A stretch of 64,000 nucleotides of DNA. Source: Octopus vulgaris (Eukaryota). Both the position numbers and the translations under genes were made by a program. Below the pieces are notes generated by a model. It was not told the origin of the DNA. It did no database searches and saw nothing but the letters and a program-made list of their open reading frames with translations. The stretch spans positions 17,112,001 through 17,176,000 of the forward strand of contig OX597830.1 in NCBI GenBank assembly GCA_951406725.2. Direction: 5' to 3'. Of this stretch, positions 1-12,799 are shown one piece after another; the first letter of the stretch is position 1; every line of letters begins with the position of its first letter.

Positions 1-29
1 ATATATCTGCTTATAATGGACAGGCTTAA

Positions 30-460
30 GTGGTTGTGTGGTAAGTAGTTTGTTTACCAACCACATGTTTACCAACCGGGTTCAGTCCCACTGCGTGGCA
101 CCTTGGGCAAGTGTCTTCTGCTATAGCCTCGGGCCGACCAAAGCCTTGTGAGTGGATTTGGTACACGGAAACTGAAAGAAGCCCGTCGTATATATGTATA
201 TATATATATGCGTGTGTGTGTTTGTGTGTCTGTGTTTGTCCCCCTAGCATTGTTTGACAACCGATGCTGGTGTGTTTATGTCCCCCGTTACTTAGCGGTT
301 CGGCAAAAGAGACCGATAGAATAAGTACTGGGCTTACAAAAGAAAAACAACACATTGTATTACATAGCCCTTGATATATAAAAGACAGGGTAGTCAAGTT
401 GCTCGATTAAAGGCGGTGCTCCAGCATGGCCGCAGTCAAATGACTGAAACAAGTAAAAGA
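30..460 (+). mobile_element. tRNA-derived SINE (Meta-domain-like family); other copies at ~3995-4358(-), 5468-5790(-), 7045-7405(+), 26495-26880(-), 31435-31820(-), 36662-37510(+, interrupted), 37780-38135(-)
   Basis: A/B-box-like head (TGTGTGGTAAG...GGTTCAGTCCCAC), core CTATAGCCTCGGGCCGACCAAAGCCTTGTGAGTGGATTTGG, internal TA/TG microsatellite, tail CAGTCAAATGACTGAAACAAGTAAAAG. Many dispersed copies in the window. Confidence 0.85.
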
Positions 461-883
461 GTAACGGTTAGACTTGAACTCAGAATGTAAAGGGGGGTAA
501 CTAGACAAGGCAAGCTGTTCCATCTGGTGTTTTATGAGATTGTGGTGGTTTGTGGTGCTTCGATATAATCGCTTATAACACAGATGCAAAGCTAGGGATT
601 TGGTGGAGGGGAATATCGATTATAACCAACCAGTATTTGACTAGTAATGTATTTTATCGATCCCAGGTAGATGAAAAGCATAGCTACCCTACCGGCCTTT
701 ATATAACATAAACTTTCTGATTCAGGTGTATCTTTGATGCCTCTGTTGTTTAAACCCAGATCAATACTGACTGATCGACCAGAGTTATGATCAAAAGTAA
801 TATCCAGCCATGAAAATCATGTCTTTTTCAGTGGAACGTTAGAACGGTAAGGTGTGATTTGAGGGTGGCTTGGCTTCTGTTTC

Positions 884-1292
884 TTATTTCTTTATTGCCT
901 ACAAGGGGCTAAACATAGAGGAGACACACAAGGGGATTAAGTCGATTACATCGACCCCAGTGCGTAACTGGTATTTAATTTATTGACCCCGAAAAGATGA
1001 AAGGCAAAGTCGACCACGGTGGAATTTGAACTCAGAACGTCGCGGCAGACGAAATACCTATTTCTTTACTACCCACAAGGGGCTAGACACAGAGGGAACG
1101 AACAAGGACAGACAAAGGGATTAAGTCAATTACATCGACTCTAGTGTGTAACTGGTACTTAATTTAACGACCCCCGAAAGGATGAAAGGCAAAGTTGACC
1201 TCGGCGGAATTTGAACTCAGAACGTAGCGGCAGACGAAATACGGTAACGTATTTCGCCCGGTGTGCTAACGTTTCTGCCAGCTCGCCGCCTT
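884..1292 (-). mobile_element. Dimeric SINE with 15-bp TSD
   Basis: Two tandem units containing GAAAGGCAAAGTCGACC.CGG.GGAATTTGAACTCAGAAC. TSD CTTGGCTTCTGTTTC at 869-883 and 1293-1307. Confidence 0.85.
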
Positions 1293-1442
1293 CTTGGCTT
1301 CTGTTTCCAGCCAGTCACAGTTTTGGCTGTGACTGTTCTCCAGTTGGATAGCCAGGAAAAATAATAGCCTCAAAGGCAACTTGGAGTTAAGGGAGATAAT
1401 TCACGCAAGAGAAAGGATACGTACATAGTGCAGTCTTCAATG

Positions 1443-1670
1443 CAGTAATCCCCCGTCATCTCGCGGTTCACATATCGCGATTTATTATTGAAGCTTACGT
1501 CGATTCCTCTGTGGTGTTGTTTTGCATTTATAATACAATAAATGTATATAAATTATAAAAATGATTTTAAAATATACAGTACAGTACTATTTCTACTTCG
1601 CTGATTTTCGCCTAGCGCGGGTGTCGGTGGGTGGTGGAATGTAGCATCCGCGATAGTCGAGGGATTACTG
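1443..1670. mobile_element. Tigger/pogo-like MITE
   Basis: Ends CAGTAATCCCCCG... and ...CGAGGGATTACTG|TA form imperfect TIRs of the Tigger type. Confidence 0.65.
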
Positions 1671-1854
1671 TACTCCTAAAATTACGGGGTCACAGCTGGA
1701 AATGACTGATTAAGTTTGTGCATCAGGACCCATTTGAGCTAAAAAGACTACCTTCTAGAGATGAAGATGGAGCCTCTATGTGGTCGTTACACATGCCAGA
1801 AATAACAACCACATTTTCATCAAATCAAACCTGTTATATATATATATATATATA

Positions 1855-2790
1855 TAAAATAGTGTACATTTAAACACGAAAGAAAACAATCTTTAACAGA
1901 TAATTTTTACATGCTAGAAGAAGCAGTCAAAACGACCCAATCCACATTTAATAATAAATTACCTGTTAAAGGGTAGTTTTCTCTTGTGTTTAAATGTACA
2001 CTATTTTAAATTGAGAATATGTTGTCTATTGACTATTTATATATGCTAAGGCCACTGGTGGTGATATTTCTAAGAATATTTGCTACCCTATATATGTATT
2101 TCATGAATATGATCTTAGCATTTTCGAAGAATCAGCTCGGCATTATCCATTTACTGCCGACTGAAACTGCACTTGCGCTGTGAATTTTGAAAAATTATAA
2201 CATATAATGATGGGACACGTGTTATTTGTGTCTGAATTACATGTTAGTTGTTAAGGCATGGTTACTAATTCGCCTAGCAAATTATTTTATTTGCTAAAGA
2301 AATTTGAAACCTAGGTATACCTGCAAAAAATAACAAGGTGAAAGTTTTCATTTTTCCTTCCCTTCGAAAATTGCTATTAAATGTGGTTTTGGTCATTTTG
2401 GCTGCTTCTTCTAGCATGTAAAAATTACCTGTTAAAGATACTATTTTATATTGAGAATATGTTGTCTATTGACTATTTATACATGCTAGGCCACTGGTGG
2501 TGATATTTCTAAGAATATTCGCTACCCTATATATGTATCTTACAAATATATATATATTTATAAAATGTGACCGCGTGTGTACTGTTGGCGATTTTTTTCC
2601 TCCGTCTTCCCTTCTCTGGATCTTTCCTTCTCCTATGTTTCCGACAAAGAGCTCCGCTCGAAACGTTAAACCCTCCTTCTTCCCTTCCTTCCTGAGCGCC
2701 CAATTATACTATATTTGTTCCATGTCCTCGCGTTGTTGTGTTTTCTCTTTGTGTTTTCATGTTTCGATTAATTTTATATATATATATATA
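1855..2790. mobile_element. Penelope-like element debris (inverted and direct terminal duplications)
   Basis: 1855-1952 is inverted relative to 1954-2010 and 2376-2440; ~2000-2100 is directly repeated at 2440-2538; hammerhead-like motif at 2637-2671. Confidence 0.5.
2637..2671 (+). ncRNA. Degenerate minimal hammerhead ribozyme motif (Penelope-type)
   Basis: GTTT-CCGACAA-A-GAGC(TCC)GCTC-GAAAC-GTT-AAAC: stem I GTTT/AAAC, stem II GAGC/GCTC, GAAA box. The CUGANGA box has two substitutions. Confidence 0.45.
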
Positions 2791-2982
2791 TCAGTACTAT
2801 TATGCAAAAGTGTCACAAGTCCAAAATGTTGGTTTTTCAGAAAAAGAAAAAATAAATTCGCCAGCAAAACCGTTGTACTACACTTTGACATTTATGTGCC
2901 ACCTGCACATACATATATACATATACATATACACACACACATATGTGTGTGTGTATATATATATAAAAAAAAATTTTCCCCG

Positions 2983-3100
2983 TAATGAGATAACAAACCA
3001 AGGCCGTGTAGATTTTAGAACATTTATAAATAGAAGGCTGTAAGACTTTCTATTTATAAATGTTCTAAAACCTACACAGCCTTGGTTTGTTATCTCATTA
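2983..3100. repeat. Near-perfect inverted repeat (hairpin, ~53-bp arms)
   Basis: TAATGAGATAACAAACCAAGGCCGTGTAGATTTTAGAACATTTATAAATAGAA followed ~12 nt later by its reverse complement with 2 mismatches. Confidence 0.9.
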
Positions 3101-6100
3101 TAGGATATATGACCTAAGTTGGACCCCTTATTCGCATAATCACCAAACCTGGAACTTGACTGTTTCATATATATATATATATAAAACAGGCATGCTGGAT
3201 TATCTGAGCAGAGGGAAAAAATATATTTGTTTAGTTGCATACCAGACCTGATCAATTTAGCTACGATCATATATGTTCTCATCATGATTATCAACTCTTT
3301 TTTTTTTTATTTATTACAGCGTGCCTAGGACAATGTTAGCCAATGAGCTATTTTTTCAATTGAATTAGAAAATTTCTTGGAAATTTTCCAGCCATCTGAG
3401 TGTCCAGGGCCCAGTATAGCATTGCTAACATCTGCCTTTTACATAGACAAGTTTAGGCAGTATTTAATATATCATCAACTGCTAATAAGGTGGAAAGGTA
3501 AAATTCAGCAAGTTATTGAAACTGTTTGATCCTGGACCTGTCTTGATTGATCAAACTTAATTGGTTCTAGATCAGTCTTGACTGGTCAAACAAAATTAGT
3601 CCAACATCTAAAGCAGTGGTTTTCAACTAAGGTCCATATCAGATTTTGTTGTTAGAGTTTGAGAGCAATAAATTAGTCATGCATGGTGGGCATGAATGGA
3701 ATGGTTGAAGACTTCAGTTTTTCTAAAATTGAACAAAATAAAAACAATAATGAATATACAAGTACTTAATGAACAAAATTAATAAAAATAATATTGACTT
3801 CTAATTCTGGCACAAAGCCAGCAATTTCAGGGAAGGGGGGAAATCGATTACATCGTCCCCAGTGTTCAGCAGGGACTTATTTTATTGACCCTGAAAAGAT
3901 AAGATAAATATGTCAAATGTTTTGGTGTGTGACTTTTGGCCCACCCTGTACTTCTACACTGCACAAAATATTTATTTATTTATTTATTTTATTTACTTGT
4001 TTCAGTCATTTGACTGTGGCCATGCTGGAGCACCGCCTTTAGTCGAGCAAATCGACCCCAGGACTTATTCTTTGTAAGCCTAGTACTTATTCTATTAGTC
4101 TCTTTTTGCTGAACCACTAAGTTACGGAAACGTAAACACACCTGCATTGGTAGTCAAGCGATGTTGGGTGGACAAACACAGACACACAAACATATATACG
4201 ACAGGCTTCTTTCAGTTTCCATCTACCAAATCCTCTCACAAGGCTTTGGTCGGCCTGAGGCTATAGTAGAAGACACTTGCCCAAGGTGCCACGCAGTGGG
4301 ACTGAACCCAGAACCATGTGGTTGGTAAACAAACTACTTATCACACAGCCACTCCTGCATGGACGTTCACACTGCTAGAAATAGCAGTGAAATCTCCCTC
4401 AAATTACACCATATCATTGTTTAAAAAACACACATTGGGTAATATAGTCCAGGATACTACTATGTCAACTTAATTCAATATGGGATGGTCACTGCTGGAA
4501 CACAAGTTCTGCTGGAGTAGAACATGAGGCTAAACAACTGGCACTGTGTCAGGTTTGACAGTGCAGGTTCCAGTTGATTCAATCAATGGCACAGCCTGCT
4601 CATCAAATTATCATGTAAGTGGCTGAGCACTCCACAGACACATCAGCATCAGAATCGTTTAACGTCCGTTTTCCATGGTAGCATGGATTGGACAATTTGT
4701 CTAAGGTCTGGCGAACCGGATGGCTGCACCAGACTCCAATCTGATCTGGCAGAGTTTCTACAGCTAGATGCTCTTCCTAACGCCAACCACTTTGAGAGTG
4801 TAGTGGGTACTTTTACGTGCCACCAACACGAGGGCCAGTCAGGCGGTACTGGCAATGGCCACGACCCTTGATGTAGTTCTTAGGGAGATTCAGCATGGCA
4901 CAGAATGTGACAAGGCTGGCACAACTAATTTTTGCCAGCTGAGTGGACTGGAGCAATGTGAAATAAAGTGTCTTGCTCAAGGACACAACACGCTGCCTGG
5001 TATTGAACTCACAACCTTACAATCGTGAGCCAAACACTCCTAACCACATAACCATGGGCTTCCACTAGGCTAAATAAACACACACACACTGTCAATGATT
5101 CTCACCTTTTTCCCTATAAAGAGCTGTTTTTATGTAAATAAATTGTGTGCATAGCTTGGAGGAGAGGCATGTTTTAATGAAGTGGAGCTGTCAGGTAGCT
5201 ATTTTGATTTTTAGACAGCAGAACACAGTGTTTCTCAGTGTCTTGCTAGCTTGGCTAAAGCTTATAATATTTCGTCTTTGGATTTGGTTTGCAAGATTCT
5301 TTATGTGAGTTCCTATTTTTATTTTCCTAAAATTTTTGTTGTGTTTTGCAACCTTTTCACACAAATCTCAGGGTTTTAGAAATTTTGTCTCGTGAACAAA
5401 ACATTTTCAGTAATTACCAACAAACTCCTTTTCTCAGTTTTATCTCTTAACTGTAAGTTATACATCTTTTATCTTTTACTGGTTTTAGTCATTAGACTGT
5501 GGCCATGCTGGGGCACCACCATGACAAACTTTTTAGTTGATTGAATCAACTCCAGTATTGTCATTTTTGTTGAGCCCCTAAAGTACGGGGATGTAAACAC
5601 ACCAACACCAGTTGTCAAGTGGCAGTGGAGGACAAACACACATATATATAACAGGCTTCTTTCAGTTTCCATCTACCAAATCCACTCAAAAGACATTGGT
5701 AGATTTTTACCCGAGGTGCCACACAGTGGGACTGAACCTGGAACCATGTGGTTGGGAAGCAAGCCTCTTACCACACAGCACACCTGTGCCTATGAATATA
5801 CAACAAAATAAGCAACAGAATTACTTATTTAATGAGATAAATGATGCTGCTTGATTGAGATGAGGTTCTGGATTTCTGGCTCAATGAAACCTAGTTTTAA
5901 GTGTTGATCATGTTTTAAAAGGCATCTGCAAAATTTAGATTATTCTTGAAGGTTTGGAAACTACTTTTAAAATTTTTATGGTTTATCTTTATCAGCATTT
6001 TCATGAGTAATTGTTTTATAAACTGCAGAGTCATGAAATTTTGAACTTAGTTCATGAGTTTGCAGACAACCTGTTGGCAACTATGATACCGTGTCATTGC

Positions 6101-6293
6101 CTGATCTACTAAAAATAGCAGCCAAATAAATCTACCTCAAATTATACTCCACTTCTAAAAACTTAAAAACAGCACATTTGTTCACGGGTGTGATGTTAAG
6201 AAGCTTGCTTTGCAACTACATGGTCTCAGGTTCAGTCCCACTACACAGCATCTTAGGTGTCTTCTACTACAACCCCAGGTCAACCAATGCTTT

Positions 6294-6705
6294 CTTATTT
6301 CTTTATTGCCCACAAGGGCCTAAACATAGAGGGGACAAACAAAGACAGACAAAGATTAAGATTAAGTTGATTACATCGAACCAGTGCGTAACTGGTACTT
6401 AATTTATTGACCCCAAAAAGATGAAAGGCAAAGTTGACCTCGGTGGAATTTGAACTCAGAACGTAATGGCAGACGAAATACCTGTTTCTTTATTACCCAC
6501 AAGGGGCTAAACATAGAGGGGACAAACAAACAGATTAAGTCGATTACATCGACCCCAGTGCGTAACTGGTACTTAATTTTTCGACCCCGAAAGGATGAAA
6601 GGCAAAGTCGACCTCGGCGGAATTTGAACTCAGAACATAACGGCAGATGAAATACCACTAAGTATTTTGCCGGGTGTGCTAACGTTTCTGCCAGCTCACT
6701 GCCTT
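6294..6705 (-). mobile_element. Second copy of the dimeric SINE, 14-bp TSD, nested in a Meta-type SINE
   Basis: Same dimer junction GCAGACGAAATACCT.TTTCTTTA as 884-1292. TSD TCAACCAATGCTTT at 6280-6293 and 6706-6719. Monomers occur at ~29478-29700, 49727-49930, 50520-50735, 55995-56210 and 56238-56400. Confidence 0.85.
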
Positions 6706-7744
6706 TCAACCAATGCTTTTTGAGGGAATTTGGGGGATGGAAATGTGAGGAAGCCCGTTATCGGTACAACTATGTTTGGGGCATATTTGAACCTTAAGAA
6801 AACCAATCATTATATCTCGTTATAGAGAAAATTTCTCACCATAGATAAATAGGTGTAAACACCTCCATGACAAAATACACTGAATGGCTTTGAATACGCC
6901 CCATGTATAATTGAACTGATAACAAGTTTGTAGTTATACATGGAAATGATAAGGGAATGGGAGATGTGGGTGTTTTGCTGTACTTGATAAGACATATCAA
7001 GCTAAGTGAAACCATGGTCTTCCACATATACAGCACCCATGTCAGTGTTGTGTGGTAAATAGCTTGCTTTCCAACCACATGGTTCTGGGTTCAGTCCCGC
7101 TGCGTGGCACCTTGAGCAAGTGTCTTCTACTATAGTCTCGGGCTGACCAAAGCCTTGTGAGTAGATTTGGTAGATGGAAACTTAAAGAAGCCCGTCGTAT
7201 ATATATGTGTGTGTGTGTTTGTCCCCCCCAACATCTCTTGACAACTGATGCTGGTGTGTTTACATCCCCATAACTTAACAGCTCAGCAAAAGAGAGACCG
7301 ATAGAATAAGTACTAGGCTTACAAAGAATAAGTCCTGGGGTCGAACTGCTCGACTAAAGGCGGTGCTCCAGCATGGCCACAGTCAAGTGACTGAAACAAG
7401 TAAAAGAGAGAGTAAAGAGAGTTGTGTCAGTGCTGAGTAAACACACCTGTGCTGCTGGTACACGGAAAGCACCCAGCACACTAAGTGGTTGGTGTTAGGA
7501 AGGGTATCCAGTTGTAGACACCATACCTCAAGAAAGAGCTGGAACCTGGACAGCTCCTTGTCAAACCGTCCAACCCATGCCAGCATGGGAAGCAGACATC
7601 AAATGATAATGATGACATATCACCGCTTAGTTGCCTATTCACCTCGTTTTTTAAGATACAGCATACCCCATTGCATGCTGGTATGTCCACTCATATACTG
7701 AAATTAGGAACTCAATGTTCACCTTATACTTTGATGCCTTAGAT

Positions 7745-7965
7745 CAGTGGTTTTCAACCAGGGTTTCGTGGAACCTTAGGGTCCCCGCCAGTACAGTCCA
7801 GGGGTTCCGCAAGAAGTTACAAAAATGCTAAAATCGGCAGTAATTTTTAAATTCTCCTGTGCAGATATGTGTGCATAAGACTATTAAATTATTGCACAGG
7901 GGTTCCTCGAGCCAGTGAAATGTTTTCTTGGGGTTCCGCTCCAGCAAAAGGGTTGAAAAGCACTG
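7745..7965. mobile_element. hAT-type MITE, 8-bp TSD
   Basis: TIRs CAGTGGTTTTCAACC / GGTTGAAAAGCACTG; TSD CCTTAGAT at 7737-7744 and 7966-7973. Confidence 0.9.
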
Positions 7966-8750
7966 CCTTAGATCAATGGCTCTCAACCATTTTTTGCCTA
8001 TGGACCCCATTTGATTCCTCTTTTATTCTGATGAATCTCCATGTTAAAAAAAAAATCCTATATTTTTATAATTATTACTCTTTTACCTGTTTCAGTCATG
8101 TGACTGCGGCCATGCTGGAGCACCGCCTTTAGTTGAGCAAATTGACCCCAGGACTTATTCTTTGTAAGCCTAGTACATACACACACAATTGTGTATGTAT
8201 ATAAGTATTAAGTACATATGTGTTAGTGGCCTACCAGTTTGACAGCCAGTGTTGGTTTGTTTGCAGTTCAGTAAAGGAGACCAAAGTAGTACCAGAATTT
8301 TTTAAAATTTCCCTAAATTACGTTCTGCTATCTTAACAAAATGAATGGCGCATGGGATCCTGTATTTTCCAGCTTACAAACCGAGACATTTAAATACTGA
8401 AAATAATTTAGTTCAGTCATCTTCAAACTCAACCAAATTACATAACGACCTAATGAGCTGATGAGGAAGTCTCAATGCAGTTACTGAAACTGCTAGAAAT
8501 GACAGCCAAACCTTTGTCGAATCACACATTTCTGTTTCAAATAAGAGTGCATTTGTTAGTTCTCTATACCCCTAAAATGATGGAACTGTCAAAGTTGACC
8601 TGGGGTTATTCAACATTGGCATCATCCTTCCAAATCCTGCAGCATTTCACATGGAATTTTTGGTCCTCCAAAGTTGTCTTGGTGAACAAGTCAACTTACT
8701 TTTTTCTAAAAGCTGTAAATTTTGGTCTGAAAAATTCACCTTGTATGTAT

Positions 8751-9441
8751 GCGGCGTAGACAGAGATGATCGAAGGATTCTAGTCGCTTAATATCTTCCA
8801 CCCTCATTGGCCATGACTCGCTGCCGTAAAGGAGAATCGTTCGCACTAGTGCTTGGTAGATCCGTACTTTGGTGGTGCGTCGGATCTCAGACGTCTCATT
8901 AGGATGACTTGTTGGAGGGAGGTGATTCTGCACTGGTGTCGCACCAAATTGTTGGAGACAAAGTGATGCCATCAGATAAAACACCCATTGTCCTCAATGG
9001 TGATATTCTTGAAGAAGTTGAGTTTCAAATACCTTGGCGCCATCATTACAGCTACAGGTCAAGGTGAGGCTGACATTAAAACACGAATTGACCTCCCTCC
9101 AACAAGTCATCCTAATGAGACGTCTGCATTGGCTGGGTCATGCCCTCTGTCATCAACCAGGAGAATTCATCTACGAAGCAATTGCCCCAGCTCCCCTTCA
9201 GGGTTGGCAAAAGCAATGTGGTGGACAATGAAAAACCTGGCTGATGACAGTCAAGGCTGATCTGGAACCCAACCTAGGCCCCCATGTCTACGGCGTTCGC
9301 CGCTGGAATAAGGATTGGTTGGAGATCACGCGGTCATTAGCCTCAAATCGCTAGGCCTGGTCGGCGTTTGTGAGAGATGCAGCATTGAGGATCAATGAAG
9401 CCAGCTCAACCCACCCCAGGTGAATACTGTAAGAAGAAGAA
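8751..9441. mobile_element. Rearranged, 5'-truncated RTE-clade LINE with 11-bp TSD
   Basis: RT C-terminal motifs FKYLG and RRLHWLGH on plus, LLYGSESW on minus; (GAA)n tail; TSD CTTGTATGTAT at 8740-8750 and 9442-9452. Confidence 0.85.
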
Positions 9442-12400
9442 CTTGTATGTATATCAAAAAATATTGTAATTTGACTGTAAACACACTGTAGTCGAAAGAG
9501 AGAGAGAGAGAAAAAAAAAAAAGATTATCATAACTCATAGACTTTTTGATCATTAGTCTTCTCAGTCATGACTGAACAACAACAACAAATAGTATTGATC
9601 AAGTTCACTTCTCTCTTCATATAAGATCTTCAGGAAATAAACAAAAAAAAAACAGACAGTATTTATAAAAAGGAAATAATGCATTTATTTAACAGTTTTA
9701 CAATTAATGGAATGATCAGGGGAGCAGGGAAATTATATGCTTATTTACATTAAGAGCAGAAAAAAAAAAAAAAAAAGGGTTTATCAGTCCAAAATAGCAG
9801 CTGCAGCAACAGCAGTAGCTGCTGCAATGTCCACTGCAGGTTAATGCCACTGTTGCTACAATTAGTGACTCATTAGGAGGTAATTAAAAAAAAAAAAACT
9901 GAGCCACACTGCCACATCTCCACCCCCCTGTACAACAGAGGAGACGGAGTAGTAGGGAGATTTCAATATGAGTTTGCAATGGCATGTGAGCAGCAACGGC
10001 AAACATCCTTCCGTTTAATGCAAGGTAAGGTCCTCATCCGAACCAAATACCTTTTATTTGTTGAGATGGGCTGAAGACAAACACAGTCACACACACACAC
10101 ACATACATACATACACTTTATATCTATATATACATACACACACACGCACGCACATATATAAATCTACATTCATACATGAAAATAGATTTTTTTTTTTTTT
10201 TAAATACATCAGAGAGAAAAATATATAAGGGACAGTGGAAGAAAGGAGCTCCAAATGTAAGAAGGTACCATATTCTCAACAATGTTGCTATGTACATAAA
10301 AACACTTTATCATTTTGAGTATTTTTTTTTTGTTTATATATATATTTATGTATTCCAAATTATATACCAACACAAACACACACACACATACACCCTTGCA
10401 TATAGTATAATGCCTCTTCATGATATGAAAAATAGTTTTACAAGAAAGGGAAGAAAATATTTTGCCTTGGCACAAACACTATATTTTTAGTAAGAGGAAG
10501 TGGAACTGTCAATGGCTTTTTGACTTGAGTACAAGATATTTTGTTTAATTCTGGAGGGATGAAAGGCAGTGTTGGCCCTGGCAGGATTTGAATTCAAATC
10601 TAAAAGGAAGGTAACTGAAATGAGCTTTTGTTTTTTTTTTGTGTGTGTGTGTGTGTTCGTTTTGACTAGTTGCAAGGCCAAGATTTGTATGAGAGGTATG
10701 TAGTTGATTGGCAAAAACCCTAGTTTTATTATTAAGTATTGTTTATAAACTCTGGAAGGATTTGGAATTAAAAACAAGACATTTAAATACTGAAAAATGA
10801 TTTAGTTCAGTTATCTTCAAACTCAACCAAATTACATAACGACCTAATGAGCTGATGAGGAAGTCTCAATGCAGTTACTGAAACTGCTAGAAATGACAGC
10901 CAAACCTTTGTCGAATCACACATTTCTGTTTTAAATAAGGGTGCATTTGTTAGTCCTCTATACCTCTAAAATGATGGAACAGTCACGGTTGGAATGATTT
11001 AGATAAGTCTAATCAGTCAAAGTTGACCTAGGGTTAAACAACCAACCCAAAGATTTCTAACACAAGCAGGACAAAAGTCCATGCATTTCATGAGATAGGA
11101 GAGAGAGAAGTATAATCAATTAATATAGAAAGACTGCCCTCATTGATAATGGTTCCTAGCATAGGAACAAGGCCATAAATTTTGACAGGGGTGGTGGTGG
11201 TGGTGGTAGTATGGTTGACCGAATCAATCTTAGCAAGCTGTATCTAGATACATCTCTCTTCGAACAAAGGCAAAGTCAACTTCAGAGGGGTTTTGAATCC
11301 AGAATATAAAAATGGGACCAAGTATTGTAAGATATTTAATTGAACATAGTAATTGCTTCTACTACTGATGGTACTAAAGATATAGATTTTGAGGAGAGGA
11401 AATTGTCATTTTAATCAACCCTAAATACATAACTATATATTTTATTGACTCAAGAAAGATGAAAGGCAAAGCTGACAAGATTTGAACCCAGAACCCACCT
11501 AAATACTTCAAGGTATATTGTCTGGTGCTCTAAACAATACTGTACTTGCCACTACCCTTAGAATAACAACAACAGAAGATTAAAATCCTAACTATTATTT
11601 GTTTTTGTTTTGTCGTGTTAACATCCAACGTAACATTTCAATAATGTTGAAGATTTTATTGGAAAAAAATCTAGAGATTAGTAAGCAATGTATTTAAGAA
11701 TAACCAGGTTCAGGAATGGCAGAATAAACATTGAACTACATAAATTAAGTTAATTACAATACGTAGTTTCAGTATTCTCCATGATCATTAAAAATAATTA
11801 TCAGATATAATCATTTCAACTGATTGTATCCCTCCTTTATGGAAAAATATCATCTTCGTCACAACATTATTTATGAGAAACCATTAATTAAAACTGAAGA
11901 ATTTAATTTACTATTTACACACGCAAAAGAAAATTACAAGTGATCTTTTCTCCATAATATAGGATATTTTCCAACAATCACAGAAAAATAATTAAACTGT
12001 CCAAACCCAGAGGAAGACCAGGGAAAAGTAAAACATTTTCCCTTTTTGTAATTATTTAATAAAATATATATTTCCACTTAATTCACAACACAATATAATA
12101 TTTATGTTATTTACTGATTTTTGTCTCTCTTCTTTCCTTTGTCTACTATTAGACCGGCCTAAAACTTTGACAATTACATGACTAGTGACTTGGTAAAGAT
12201 AAGTTCAATGGGAATCAAATTAGTTATCTATTTTATGTCCATTTTCCCATGCCAGCATAGGTTGGACAGATAGTAGGTAAATATATTTCAAAATGAATGA
12301 AACATATAATTTATTTACTAATAGGTGATAAGTGAAACTGCGAACGGGAGGGAAATAACTTCACGCTTGGACATAATGGGATAGAGGACAACATTAGAAG

Positions 12401-12799
12401 GCTTTGTCTCTACATTGTTGAAAGTAATTTAAAGGAAGATTTAGCAGTTATTTCTAGCAGGTCGAGTGACTGTAGAGGCTTCACTGTTAGTTCCTCTGAG
12501 CCCATATAAATAATTAACTTCACTGCAAATATATGCAAACTTCAGTGGACTCTATATGAAACTCTAATAGTGATTTACTAGTCCAATTAGCTAGACATGA
12601 AGTATATTCTACACATTTTCGCTCTACAAGAATATGTTGAACAACATGCTTGTAGGATGAGAATAAGTTTTTACAACATGTAGATGTAAGGATGAAAAAA
12701 AGAATGTGTTTAGATGTTAATCTGAGAGGGTGTCATTTACCGGGAGTCAGCAGAATCCACCAGGGTTAATATTTACCAAGATATCGGTAAAGGTTTAAA

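Noticed and set aside
8456-8500. CTGATGAG...GAAAC as a hammerhead ribozyme (also ~10850)
   Set aside because: No convincing stem II or stem III pairing.
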